A DNA stretch of 62,992 bases, the filler included, from Chiloscyllium plagiosum (Eukaryota): the NCBI RefSeq assembly GCF_004010195.1. It is 3 parts of one record of this genome, joined end to end, with 100 filler letters (N's around TTAATTAATTAA, not from the genome) between each part and the next. Parts side by side here need not be neighbours in the genome. Positions count along the whole stretch, not along the records: positions 31,398 to 56,916 come from NC_057712.1; 2 more parts are not named here. One strand, 5' to 3'. Numbering within the stretch: the stretch's first letter is position 1; the number at the start of each line of letters is the position of its first letter. The notes under the pieces were generated by a model. It saw only the letters and a list, made by a program, of their open reading frames with translations, had not been told where the DNA came from and searched no databases. This document shows, piece after piece, positions 37,530 through 49,120 of this stretch. Both the position numbers and the translations under genes were made by a program.

Positions 37530-37772
37530 AAAAGGGACCTGAGGGGTAACATTTTCACACAGACAGTGGTGCATATGTAGAATGAACAGCATGAGGAAAT
37601 AATAGAGGGGGTACAATTTTAACAGTTAAAATATATTTGGATATGTACATGGATAAGGAAGGTTTATTGGGATTTGCTCCAAATGCAGGTAAATGGGATA
37701 TAGTTCAATTTAGGAAATCTGGTTGGCACAGACAAGTTAGGCTGAAGAGTCTGTTTAGGTGCTGTATGACTC
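37530..37772 (+). mobile_element. CR1 3' end fragment, old
   Basis: Reads RDLRGNIFTQTVV...LDMYMDKEGLLGF. Confidence 0.8.
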
Positions 37773-37965
37773 TTTGGTACTCCAAATGCCATACTTTGAT
37801 AATAAAGGAATATTATGAGGTATGTCATTGTAGTTATTTTTAAACAACCTATTTGTATGTGTCAGGAAATTCATCATAGACAGATAGGACAGGGCATTAC
37901 AAGTTCTGCATTAGTAAATAACTAACGTTGAGCTAACTCATACTGTTAGCTGTTACTTTATGATC

Positions 37966-38292
37966 GCTCACACCCTCCACCTCCTCTAAGACTTTCATTT
38001 CCCTGGACCCAATGCCTCATCTTCACCATTGAGATCCAGTCCCTATACACTTCCATCGTCTATGACCAGGACCTCCAAGCCCTCTGTTTCTTCCTCTCCC
38101 GATGTCCCCACTGGTACCCTTCCACTGACACTCAAATCTGTTTGGCTGAACTGGTCCTCACCCTCCCATTTATCTCTCCACCCCCGAGGCTCCCAGCTTC
38201 ATTCCTGATGAAAGGCTTTTGCCCAAAATGTTGCTTTTCCTGCTCCTCGGATGCCGCCTGACTTGTTGTGCTTTTCCAGCATCACACTCTCG
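37966..38292 (+). mobile_element. Internally deleted Penelope-like element (RT motif piece fused to the family A terminus)
   Basis: IFTIEIQSLYTSI...LQALCFFL...LAELVLT is joined directly to cctcccatttatctctcc...cctgatgaaagg. The TSD actttatgatc is at 37955-37965 and 38293-38303. Confidence 0.8.
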
Positions 38293-39706
38293 ACTTTATG
38301 ATCACACCAACTGTTCTCCTGATATGATAAATATTTTCTAAACAGCATCAGGGATACTTTCCTAGGAAGCAAGTCTTCCTATCGTTCACCAAACACAAAG
38401 GAAGATCAAACAATCAAAGTAAACTGATCAGTACCCAATGGAGAATGTTTATGTTTGAGACTCAAAATGTTTTGACTAGGTTTTGCATTGTTAATGAAAC
38501 TGAAACTACTGGTCACTTATTTTACTCCAAGTATATTTGCACAATTATTGAAAATTTGATCAGCTTTAACATTTCCTTCATAGGGCCAAGATGCCTAAAT
38601 GCTTTCTTACCAACCATTACAGAAGTTTCACCAGTTAGAAATTTCAACTTTTCTTTTGTTCCAAAGAGCGAGTGTTTTCATTTTTATGACCTTCTGTGCA
38701 GTAAGTTATGCCAGCTCAGTAGGCAGTACTTCTTACGTCCTGTCATTCACTGCTGTCCTGCTCCTCATGATATTTTGACTTGTACACTGCTACAAAAATC
38801 AGTATTTGTTTTAATGTTACTGACAATGATGTCTTGTACCAAATGGTTCGCTTTCATAGCTCTTTCTGAAAATGAACAGGTATTTTACTCGAAAAAATTT
38901 TCCCTTGATCATAGGCAGTGGCACAGCAGTAATGTCACTGATCTAGAAATCCTCAACCCCAGGATTTCTCGAGTAATATGGGTCTGAATCTCTCCATGGT
39001 ATGTAGTTAAATTGGAATTCAATGAAAAGCTGGTTTTTTGGCTATTATTGTTAAAAAAAAACTCCCCAGTCCAGGCAATATTCTGTTAAATCTCCTCTGC
39101 AATTACATCCCTCCTATAATGTGGTTTCCTGAACTGCACATAATACTCTTGCTGTGTGGCCTAGGCAACATTTCATACAGTTCCAGCAACACCTACCTGC
39201 ATCTCCTGAATTAATTTTAAAAGTAATAATTTGTAGATAATTAAGTTTCAATATATACCCCTGATTTAAATTAGAATCATTTGCAAAATTTGAGTTTTCT
39301 GCACAAAACTAATTCAATGCTTATGGCAGCACAGCTTTCTCCACTGTCTGACAGTCAGCACTTTAGACCATTCTAATGAAAGTGACAACATTAACACTTA
39401 CAACTCAGTGGTGAACCCCTCTGCTAATTAAACCAAACACCCAGAAAAGCTCACCTTGCCTCAAATTCTGTTGGAGTGAGTGACAGAGAACTCCCAAATT
39501 CCACTGTTCCTAAAGAAAAAATCAATTTATTCTTTAACTCTAAAAGTGAACACTAAAGCAACTACTTACAACACTAAACCTCCTTTCTCTAAACTGCTTG
39601 TTATCTGCCTCCAACTCTATAACAATATACTGTTCCAATAACCACCCTTATTAAAATTACATCAACTTTATTTCAAAACCACACAGCAGCTGTCATCTCT
39701 GGCTGT

Positions 39707-40304
39707 AGGCGAAAGTGAAGACTGCAGATGCGAGTGGTGCTGGAAGAGCACAGCAGGTCAGGCAGAATCTGAGGAGCAGGAAAATCGACGTTTTGGACAA
39801 AAGCCCTTCATCAGGAATGAGGCAGGGAGCCTCCAGGTGGAGAGACAAATGGGAGGGAGGTGGGGCTGGGGAGAAGGTAGCCAAAAGTACAATAGGTGGA
39901 TAGAGGTGGGGATGAAGATGATAGGTCGGAGAGGAGGGTGGAGCGGATAGGTGCCTTGGCTACCTTCTCCCTTCATCCTCACCTCCATCCACCTATTGTA
40001 CTCTTGGCTACCTTCTCCCACAACCTGCCAGCTCAGCACCATCCTCATGACTTGTCCTACCTGCCAATCTTCCCTCCCACCTATCCGCTCCACCCTCCTC
40101 TCTGACCTATCACCTTCATCCCCACCTCCATCCACCTATTGTACTCTTGGCTACCTTCTCCCCAGTCTCACCCCCCTCCCATTTGTCTCTCCACCTGGAG
40201 GCTCCCTGCCTCATTCCTGATGAAGGGCTTTTGCCTGAAACATCGATTTTCCTGCTCCTCGGATGCTGCCTGAACTGCTGTGCTTTTCCAGCACCACTAA
40301 TATT
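39707..40304. mobile_element. Palindromic Penelope-derived element (family A) with an internal tandem duplication
   Basis: Inverted arms of about 250 bp, with repeated ttggctaccttctccc blocks at about 39956, 40004 and 40147. ctctggctgt is duplicated on the flanks. Confidence 0.85.
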
Positions 40305-40380
40305 CCTCTGGCTGTTAGATATCCCTCAGTCGTCTTCGGTATTTTGCTGTAAAGGTATTTCATATGAAAACGTTACCTTT

Positions 40381-40667
40381 GATTAGATTAGATTAGATTC
40401 CCTACAGTGTGGAAACAGGCCCTTCAGCCCAACCAGTCCACACCGACTCTCCAAAGAGTAATTCACCCAGTTCCATTTCCATCTGACTAATGGACCTAAA
40501 CTATGGGCAATTTAGCATGGCCAATTCACCTGACCTGCACATCTTTGGACTGTGGGAGGAAACTGGAGCACCCGGAGAAACCACACAGACAGTCACCTGA
40601 GGCTGGAATCGAACCTGGGTCCCTGGTGCTGTGAGGCAGCAGTGCTAACTACTGAGTCACCGGCCGC
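40381..40667 (-). mobile_element. V-SINE (HE1-like) in the 3' LTR
   Basis: Has a (gatta)4 tail and the reverse complement of the ggtgactcagtagttagcactgctgcctcacagc...ggttcgattcc head. Confidence 0.85.
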
Positions 40668-41184
40668 CCTTGATAGAGATTGTTTTGCTGGCAGTTACTC
40701 TATTGATGGCAATTAGTCTCACCGGCTAACTCTCAAAATGTCTGCTTCTTTACAACCCAGACATCAGATTGTCTCATTGATTTCATGTTGGCAAAACCGT
40801 AAATCAATCAGGTTTTAGTATCCTGGAGCATTATTGAAACAGATTGGTTGTCAACATAGCAATCAAAACTCAGGTATTTGTTTCACAGCCAAATGTTACA
40901 TATTTTCAATTTCCCAGAACAATCTGAGACTGCTATTCAGTCACATGACAGGTACCTGCAAGCTCTCAGTGCAAAACAGCTTTCACTCTCTCAAAGGTAC
41001 AGTACACACCTTCAACTTCATAATACCTCACCTTTAAGAAAAACTGAACCAGCATAATGAAAAGATGGCTTCATTTTTTATTCCTAATTCTTAACACCAT
41101 TACAAGGAAATAGACAGTACTTAATCTAAGTTCATTTTAATTTCTGCACACATACACATTATATAAACAAAACTTTGGTATCTG

Positions 41185-42510
41185 TTCAATCTAATCAATA
41201 CTTTATCCATTAAATCTGCAATAACACATCTACTATCACATTCTTATGACCTGTAACATGTACAATTTGTAAATTAAAAGTCTGTAACCAAAGACTCAAC
41301 AAAATAATCTCATATTCTAGTCTTTAAATCAGTCCAAGAATATAAGAGGATTGTGATCCGTGTATACAACTGTCTCTGACACATTGTTCGTCTCATAACC
41401 ATTAAAATGTTGTAAGGCCAGTCCCAAACTCAATAATTCCTTTTCGATAGTAGAGTATTTTCTCTGGTGGTTGTTGAATTTCTTTGAAAAGTAACTAGCT
41501 GGTTGTTCAATTCCATCATCTTCCTGTAGCAGTACAACTCCAACTCCCATATCACTAGCATTGATTGGAACTTTGAAGAGTTTCAAAAAAATTGGTGTAG
41601 CTAAAACTGGTGCAATGGTTAATACTGTCTCCTGGCATTGTGTTCTTCTTTAATAAATCTGTTAGCGGTGCCCCTACACTGCTGAGGTTTGGAACAAACT
41701 TCTGGTAGAATCCGCTTAGTCCTAAAAATCAAAGCACCTCTTTCTTTGAGGTTGGTCATGGAAATTCCTCGAAGGTCTTCATCTTTGCATTCCTTGGTGT
41801 CACCCTTCCATGACCGATGTTACGTTCCAAGAACGTCACCTCTTTCACAATTCACAAATTCTGTTTTCTTTAAGTTTATTATCAGTTTTGCTTTTCAATT
41901 GTTCAAAGAGCTCTGCCAACTGTATCATGTGACCTTTCCATGACTCACTAAAAATCACTACATTATCCAGATAGACTGCACAGCTTCTTAACCCAGCCAC
42001 AACTGTGACCATGAGCCTTTGGAATGTGCCGGTGCGTTCTTCATTCCAAAAGGCATCACTTTGTATTGATATAGCCCCTTTGGGGTTACAAACGCAGAAA
42101 TTTCTTCCACTTTCTCTGACAAAGATACCTGCCAGTAATCATGCAGTAAGTCCCACTTTGTGATGTAAGTGGCTTGTCCAACTTTCTCCAAACAGTCCTC
42201 CAGTCTTGGTATTGGATGAGTCCGATTTCATTACGGCATTGACCTTCCGATAGTCCACACAAAATTGTTGAGTCCTGTTAGGTTTGGGAGCTAACACGAC
42301 CGGTGAACTCTGCTCGCTCTGACCAGGTTCAATGATATCCTCATTGAGCATTGCATCCACTTCCTTCAAGACCTCTCTGGCTTTGAAAGGATAAAGCCTG
42401 TAGGGGTGTAGTTTTATTGGAACAGCATTTCCTACTTCTACCTCATGCATAATAGCATTAGTCCTCCCCATCTTATTCCTACATATGTCTTCACACTGCG
42501 ACAACATACC
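41185..42510 (-). pseudogene. Gypsy RT and RNase H remnants
   Basis: Reads SSPVVLAPK...FCVDYRKVN, KWDLLHDYWQV...VMPFGMKNAP, AVYLDNVVIF and NASDMGVGVVL...YSTIEKELL...VYTDHNPL. Confidence 0.9.
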
Positions 42511-42679
42511 TTCGAACTGTGTTCTTTGCTCCTGAGACAGTTAGTTGACTAACCTATCCCACTCTTCAAGAACTTCCTCATTGTTTATGTATTTTGAGGT
42601 ACATCAAACTCCACAACATCCAGATTTGATTTCTCACTCTGCAGGGCAGTGACTAACACCTCCAGTTCCTACTCTCTAT

Positions 42680-43660
42680 AATAATAGGTTTTCAACATAT
42701 TCACGTGACATATCTGATACAGTTTTTTTCTATCCAGCATCTTTACCAGATAGCTTACCTGACTCAACTTTTTCTCAATTTGATGGGGACTATTAAACCT
42801 GGCTTTGAAGGGATCTCCTACCACTGGCTACAATACTAATACGTCATTCCCACAGGAAAACAACCGAATTTCAGAGTTTTATCTGCCACCTGCTTCATTC
42901 TATGCTGTGCCCTTTTTAGGTGCTGTTTAGGTTCCTCACCTACCCAATTTAATCTCACCCTCACCTCCGATACATAATCCAAGTGTGAGATCTCCCACTT
43001 TGATCCTGTCAATTTCTCTGTAATTAATTTCAAAGAGCAACTCAAAGGAGTAAAGGGAGTAGATTCATCTGGGTGCTTCGAATGGCAAACAATACGAATG
43101 GGATTCCTTTATCCCAATCATGCGGTAATCCTGACCTAACATGGCCTTCAGGGCCTCATGCCACTTTTCCAAAGCTCCCTGGGATTCAGGATGATACGCA
43201 CTAGATTTAAAGTTCCGAATGCCAAGCTATCCATGACTTCCTTAAACAGTCTAGCAGTAAAATTAGACTCTTGGTCTGACCGAATTTCTTTGGTAGCCCA
43301 TACCACTTGAAGAAAGCTACTAACTCCTCTACCACCCTTTTTGCCTTAATACTCTGTAATGGAATTGCCTCCAGAAATTTGGTAGACACATCCATTATGG
43401 TTAGCAAGTACTGGTTCCCATTTTTATTTCTTGGGAGGGGATCTACACAGTCAATCATAGCCCGTGTAAAAGGTTCTTCAAATGTGGAAATTGGCAACAA
43501 AAGGGCTGGTTTTATTACTGCCTGTGGCTTACCTACCATTTGGCATGTATGACACATACAGCAAAAGTTAACCATATCCTTGTGCAGTCCTGGTCAATAG
43601 AAGTTATTTTGTACCTTAGCCTGAGTCTTCCATATGCCGAGATAGTTCAGGTGCTACCCG
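42680..43660 (-). pseudogene. Integrase remnant located upstream of RT
   Basis: Reads CHTCQMVGKP...EPFTRAMIDCVDPLP...YLLTIMDVSTKFLEAIPL, AYHPESQGALEKWH and a GPY/F-like CHVNMLK motif. Confidence 0.9.
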
Positions 43661-44099
43661 TAACACTTCCTGTCTGTATGCTACCAGCAACACAATTTGG
43701 TGCACTTCTGCCCATTTCTCCTCTGCACTAATCTGCTGTGGTCTCCATTTTTGTCTTAGAATTCTATCTTTTTGATAATAGCCTTCAGGAATATTTTCTG
43801 ACTCCTTTTCTCAGTATGCATCGATACATATATCTTTTATTGTCTTGTCTTTCTATTAGTTTTTCAAGACTAAACATTTTTTGCCTTATCCGGTTATTCT
43901 GCACCATTATGGCTAATAGGATGTCCGCTAACTGAACCTCAACCCCTTTGTCTTTGTCTTTAGCTTTTGCTTTGTGCTGTGACTTATGATAGTGGGATCT
44001 TGTTACTACACAGTCTGAGAAAATTCCAGGGCATTTTTCTTTTAACTTCTCAGATCCCTGGTCTTCCTTTGTCTTCTTCATAACAAGGGGTGTCACTTC

Positions 44100-44400
44100 C
44101 AACTTGGATCCTAATAAATCTCACCAAAGAATAACCTGTATTCCTGGAACTGAAACTATCAATCACTCCCACTGTTACATCCCCAGTCTTGAGTTGGCAC
44201 TCGAACCGGATCTTACATAGGGGAATGCTAAATTTCTGTCCACCTATCCTACAGATTACCACTATCTCAGGTAACAGGTCAGAAAAAGTGCAAATATGTT
44301 AATCTCTTGCTATTAGACACTGATTAGATCCTGTATCTCTCAAAATTATAACGTCTTTCCCTACTTCCCCTGTTCTTTCTGAGTAAACTTTACCCACAGA
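44100..44400 (-). pseudogene. Aspartic protease remnant
   Basis: The minus strand at about 44315-44350 reads IILRDTGSNQCL (DTG active site). Confidence 0.8.
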
Positions 44401-44420
44401 GGCAAATTACTTAGAATTAT

Positions 44421-45705
44421 TTAGAGATCAGGCACTAGCTCCATACCCAACCCCTGCCTCGGCTGTGCACTTTCCTGCAGCTCCTCGATTTTTCTTGGGG
44501 TTTCCAATACTACTTTCACTAATGCTACTGGCTTTGTCTCTTTTACCACATCTTTGCCCACAGTTCCTTTCTTTAACAACCAGCACTGTGACTTTATGTG
44601 ACCAACCTTCTGGCAGTGAATACACCTTTTCCCAGTGCTCTTCTGAAACCACCAGCACTGTAATTTTCTGTGTCCCACTCCATTACAGTGAGGCATTTGA
44701 CCTCCTGTCCACCCTTTTGGGCTTCTTCTTTTAACCTGTAGTAAACTATTACCAGTGTGCTCCACGCTTTGTTTTGTAGTGTAGGATCTCCCCTCCTCCC
44801 AATTTCTATTCCCCACAGGATGAAACTCTTGCCTGAAGCTAAACTTCACCTTTTGAACCAATGCATATTCTCTGCTGCACTTCTCACTTCTTGAACTTTC
44901 TGTTCATCCACATGAATACTTATCATCTCTGGAAGTGAGTTTTTAAACTCCTCTGGTAGAATAATCTCTCTTAGAGCCTCATAGGTCTAATCTATTTTTA
45001 AGGCCTGCACCCATTTCTCAAATTCTTTTGAACTCAACATACGTCTGACCTGGTTCCTTCTTTGTGCTTCTGAACTGCTGTCTACACACTTCTGGTACCA
45101 GTTCAGAAGCACTCAAAATAGTCTGTTTGACATCTTCATAATCTCTTTACCCCTCATCTGACAGCGCTGCAAATACCTCACTAAGTCTGCTGACCAGCTT
45201 AGTCTGAACTAGCATTACCCACAAGTCCTCTGACCACTCCATCTGCCTAACCAATTTTTCAAATGAAATAAACATCTTTCTCATCAAAATGTGGCAATGT
45301 TTTAACATATTTGTATATATCACTACCTTCTCTCTTCATCTCCATCCTGTTTACTTGACTTTCCTGACTAAGTTGCAACTTTTCAAGTTCAAATTCTCTC
45401 TCTCTTCCTTCTCCCTCTCTTTGCTCAGCTAAGAACCTTCTCTCTTTTTCTCCCTTTCTTTATCTTCTAATTCCATTTTCCTCAATTTTATTTTAAGTTT
45501 ATCTAACCCTACTGTACTAATCTGTTTCTCTGACGCACCTAAGTGCTTGAATAATTCCCTTACAATTTAGGCTTTACTTTTGACTTTGGTGAAACCCAAA
45601 TCTAACCTCTTTTCTAATTCTAAAAATATGACCTTCTAAACTTTCTTGTCAAATTTGGAAATCATCTTTAAACCCTAGAAGCTCGTTAGCAATTTTAAGA
45701 GCTAG
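44421..45705 (-). pseudogene. gag remnant with a SCAN-like capsid domain and two zinc knuckles
   Basis: Reads LPHFDEKDV..SFEKLVRQMEWSEDLW, PEVCRQQFRS...EALREIILPEEFKNSLPEMI (SCAN-like), C..GHRKLQC and CIHCQKVGHIKSQC. Confidence 0.85.
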
Positions 45706-45794
45706 TCTCTCAATTTTAATTTCATCAACCACAAATAATTGAAATTAAACAAATTGTCTCACCAATGTTTTTATTTAAAGATTAGGACACTAAT

Positions 45795-46150
45795 CATAGA
45801 ACATAGATATAACATAGAAGAGTACAGCACAGAACAGGCCCTTAGGCCCACGATGTTGTGCCGAGACTTAATCCTAATGTAAAACATAGTAACTTAACCT
45901 ATGCACCCCTCAACTCACTGCTATCCATGTGCATGCCCGACAGTCGCTTAAACATCCTCAATGACTTCGCATCCACCATCTCAACTGGCAATGCATTCCA
46001 TGCATTCACAACTCTCTGTGTAAAGAACCTACCTCTGATGTCTCCTTTATACCTTCCTCCTAATATCTTCAAACTATGACTTCTCGTACCAGTCAATCCT
46101 GCCCTGGGGAAAAGTCTCTGGCTATTGACTCTATCTATTCCTCTCATTAT
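45795..46150 (-). mobile_element. CR1 3' fragment (same subfamily as 25103-25548)
   Basis: ORF 45899-46147 reads RGIDRVNSQRLFPRAG, with a catagaacatag tail. Confidence 0.9.
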
Positions 46151-46787
46151 TTATGCAGAGTTTCAGGCAGCCTGATTTGCCTACAAATGCACTCCATGTC
46201 AAAAATGAAAATAGTGATGCACTGAGCAAAAAAATCATTTTTCAATTTGGCCACAGCTTACAATGGCCTCACCTTGTACAGTAAAATGCATCGAACACCA
46301 TTACAATTTAGCTCTGGAAAAGGTCTGTAATCTTTCTCTGCTTATTGTGCTACCTTTGGGCACACCAACCACACAGCTTCAAGATGTAGACAAGACCATT
46401 TTGCATGATATCAGTGCAATATTGCCCATGATTCTGTGCTCTAATTTGGCCCAACTCCATTTGTTGCGTTCATTGGAGAAGAGTGCACAACATCAACTGA
46501 CCAGAATTACAGATCTAGAACTTCAGCTCAGCATTGACATCCCTTGATTGGATTTCCTATTCTGTTGGTGGGAGTGGTTAACAACTTTGCCACCACTGCA
46601 GTTTTGAACTGTCTGAATTTGATTTATCACAATTTCATTGTATAATAATTTAATTGCAATATTTTGATTTGATATTTTTTCCAAATCTCCTCAGAGCTAT
46701 AAACTCCATCAGCTGGCAATTCTCTCAAATTCCTTCACTACCTCTTAATTCACTTGTGACCACCAGGTTTCGCTGAACATTGATGTA

Positions 46788-47381
46788 TTCAAAACACCAT
46801 ATGCTTTCTTAACAACCCTATCCACTTGGGTGGCAACTTTGAGGGATCTATGTACTTGCACACCCAGATCCCTCTGTTCCTCCATTCTGCCAAGAATCCT
46901 GTCTTTAATCCTATATTCAGCATTCGAGTTCGACTTTCCAAAATGCATTTACCCACGTTGAACTCCATCTGCCATTTCTCAGCCCAGCTCTGCATCCTGT
47001 CTATGTCATGCTGCAGCCTGCAGTAGCCCTCTATACTATCGACAACACCTCCAACATTTGTGTCATCGGCAAATTTACTAACCCACCCCTCAACCTCCTC
47101 ATCCAAGTCATTTATAAAAACTACAAAGAGCAGAGGCCCAAGAACAGAGCTCTGTGGGACCCCTGTCAACACTGACCTCCAGACAGAATACTTTCCATCT
47201 ACAACCACTCTCTGCCTTCTGTCAGCCAGCCAATTCTGAATCCAGATAGCCAAATCTCCCTGTATCCCATACTTCCTGACTTTATGAATGAGCCAACCAT
47301 GGGGAACCCTATCAAATGCCTTGCTGAAATCCATATACACCACATCCACTGCTCTACCATCGTTGACCTGTCTTGACACCT
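46788..47381 (-). mobile_element. CR1 RT core fragment
   Basis: Reads YMDFSKAFDRVPH...GVPQSSVLGPLLF...SKFADD. Confidence 0.92.
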
Positions 47382-47710
47382 CGGCAAGTGTTCATAACTG
47401 CTGGGATCTTTCATACCCCAAGTCAATTCAAATCTGGCCAAATTTCAGACTGGATCTGTCTAAATCTGTCCTGACCCGAGCCCTCAAACTGTTATGACAC
47501 CGTGGTAAACCTTTTTGCTAATTAAACCAAACACACAGAAAAGCTCACCTTGCCACATAATCTGTTAATGTATGAGTGACAGAGAACTCCCAAATTTCTC
47601 TATTTAAAGAAAAAGTATCCATTTATTCTTTAACTCGAAAAGTGAACAATAAAATGACAATTACCTCCAACTCTAAGCCTGCTTTCTCTGAACTGCTTGT
47701 TATCTGCTTC

Positions 47711-49120
47711 TGGGGCAGGTGACTGGGGTGTCAGTGGGGGAGCACTTTGGGGACAGGGACCATAATTCTATTTGTTTTAAAATAGTGATGGAAAAGGATA
47801 GACCAGATCTAAAAGTTGAAGTTCTAAATTGGAGAAAGGCCAATTTTGACGGAATTAGGCAAGAACTTTCAAAAGCTGATTAGAGGCAGTTGTTCACAGG
47901 TAAAGGGACGGCTAGAATATGGGAAGCCTTCAGAAATGAGATGACGAGAATCCAGAAAAAATTTATTTCTGTCAGGGTGAAAGGGAAGGCTGGTAGATAT
48001 AGGGAATGCTGGATGACTAAAGAAATTGAGGTGAAAATGTGTTGCTGGAAAAGCGCAGCAGGTCAGGCAGCATCAAAGGAACAGGAGAATCAACGTTTCA
48101 GGCTTATGCCCGAAACGTCGATTCTCCTGTTCCTTGGATACTGGCTGACCTGCTGCTCTTTTCCAGCAACACATTTTCAGCTCTGATCTCCAGCATCTGC
48201 AGTCCTCACTTTCTCCTTAAAGAAATTGAGGGCTTGGTTAAGAAAAAGAAGGAAGCATATGTCAGGTATAGACAGGATAGATCGAGTGAATCCTTAGAAG
48301 AGTATAAAGGAAGTAGGAGTATACTTAAGAGGGAAATCAGGAGGGCAAATAGAATTAAGGGGACATGAGATAGCTTTGGCAAATAGAATTAAGGAGAATC
48401 CAAAGGGCTTTTACAAATATATTAGGGACAAAAGGGTAACTATGGAGAGAATAGGGCCCCTCAAAGATCAGCAAGGCGGCGTTTGTGTGGAGCCACAGAA
48501 AATGGGGGAGATACTAAATGAATATTTTGCCTCAGTATTTACTGTGGAAAAGGATATGGAAGATATAGACTGTAGGGAAATAGATGGTGACATCTTGCAA
48601 GATGTCCAGATTACAGAGGAGGAAGTACTGGATGTCTTGAAATAGTTAAAAGTGGATTAATCCCCAGGACCTGATTAGGTGTACCCGAGAACTCTGTGGG
48701 AAGCTAGAAAAGTGATTGCTGGTCCTCTTGCTGAAATATTTGTATCATCGATAGTCACAGGTGAAGTGCCGGAAGACTGGAGGTTGGCAAACGTGGTGCC
48801 ACTGTTTAAGGGCGGTAAAGACAAGCCAGGGAACTATAGATCGGTGAGCCTGAAAAGATATAAAAGAGACCTAAGGGGCAACTTTTTCATGAAGAGGGTG
48901 GTACGTGTATGGAATGAGCTGCCAGAGGATGTGGTGGAGGCTGGTACAATTGCAACATTTAAGAGGCATTTGGATGGGTATATGAATAGGAAGGGTTTGG
49001 AGGGATATGGGCCGGGTGCTGGCAGGTGGGACTAGATTGGGTTGGGCTATCTGGTCGGCTTGGACGGGTTGGACTGAATGGTCTGTTTCCATGCTGTACA
49101 TCTCTATGACTCCATGACTC
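47711..49120 (+). mobile_element. CR1 copy lacking the whole RT core (internal deletion)
   Basis: PGNYRSVSL jumps directly to KRYKRDLRGNFF at about 48851, and the octamer tail is present. Confidence 0.9.
48032..48217. mobile_element. Palindromic Penelope-derived mini-element centred on hammerhead stem II
   Basis: The centre reads aacgtttcaggc-ttat-gcccgaaacgtc. The perfect TSD taaagaaattgagg is at 48018-48031 and 48218-48231. Confidence 0.9.

Larger units (their letters stand above)
39396..41025 (-). repeat. 3' LTR, interrupted by a Penelope palindrome and a V-SINE
   Basis: Aligns blockwise with 47490-47710 plus 49121-49595 (gctaattaaaccaaacac..., ...gctctcagtgcaaaacagctttcac...cttcaacttcataa). 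Confidence 0.85.

Noticed and set aside
38445..38987. 180-aa plus-strand ORF
   Set aside because: It has no recognisable motif, its composition is typical of AT-rich non-coding DNA, and its end runs into a SINE head at about 38915.
39390..39400. TSD for the Gmr1-like element
   Set aside because: The flanks (ttaac versus atttt) do not match and the terminal TG is lost, so none is claimed.
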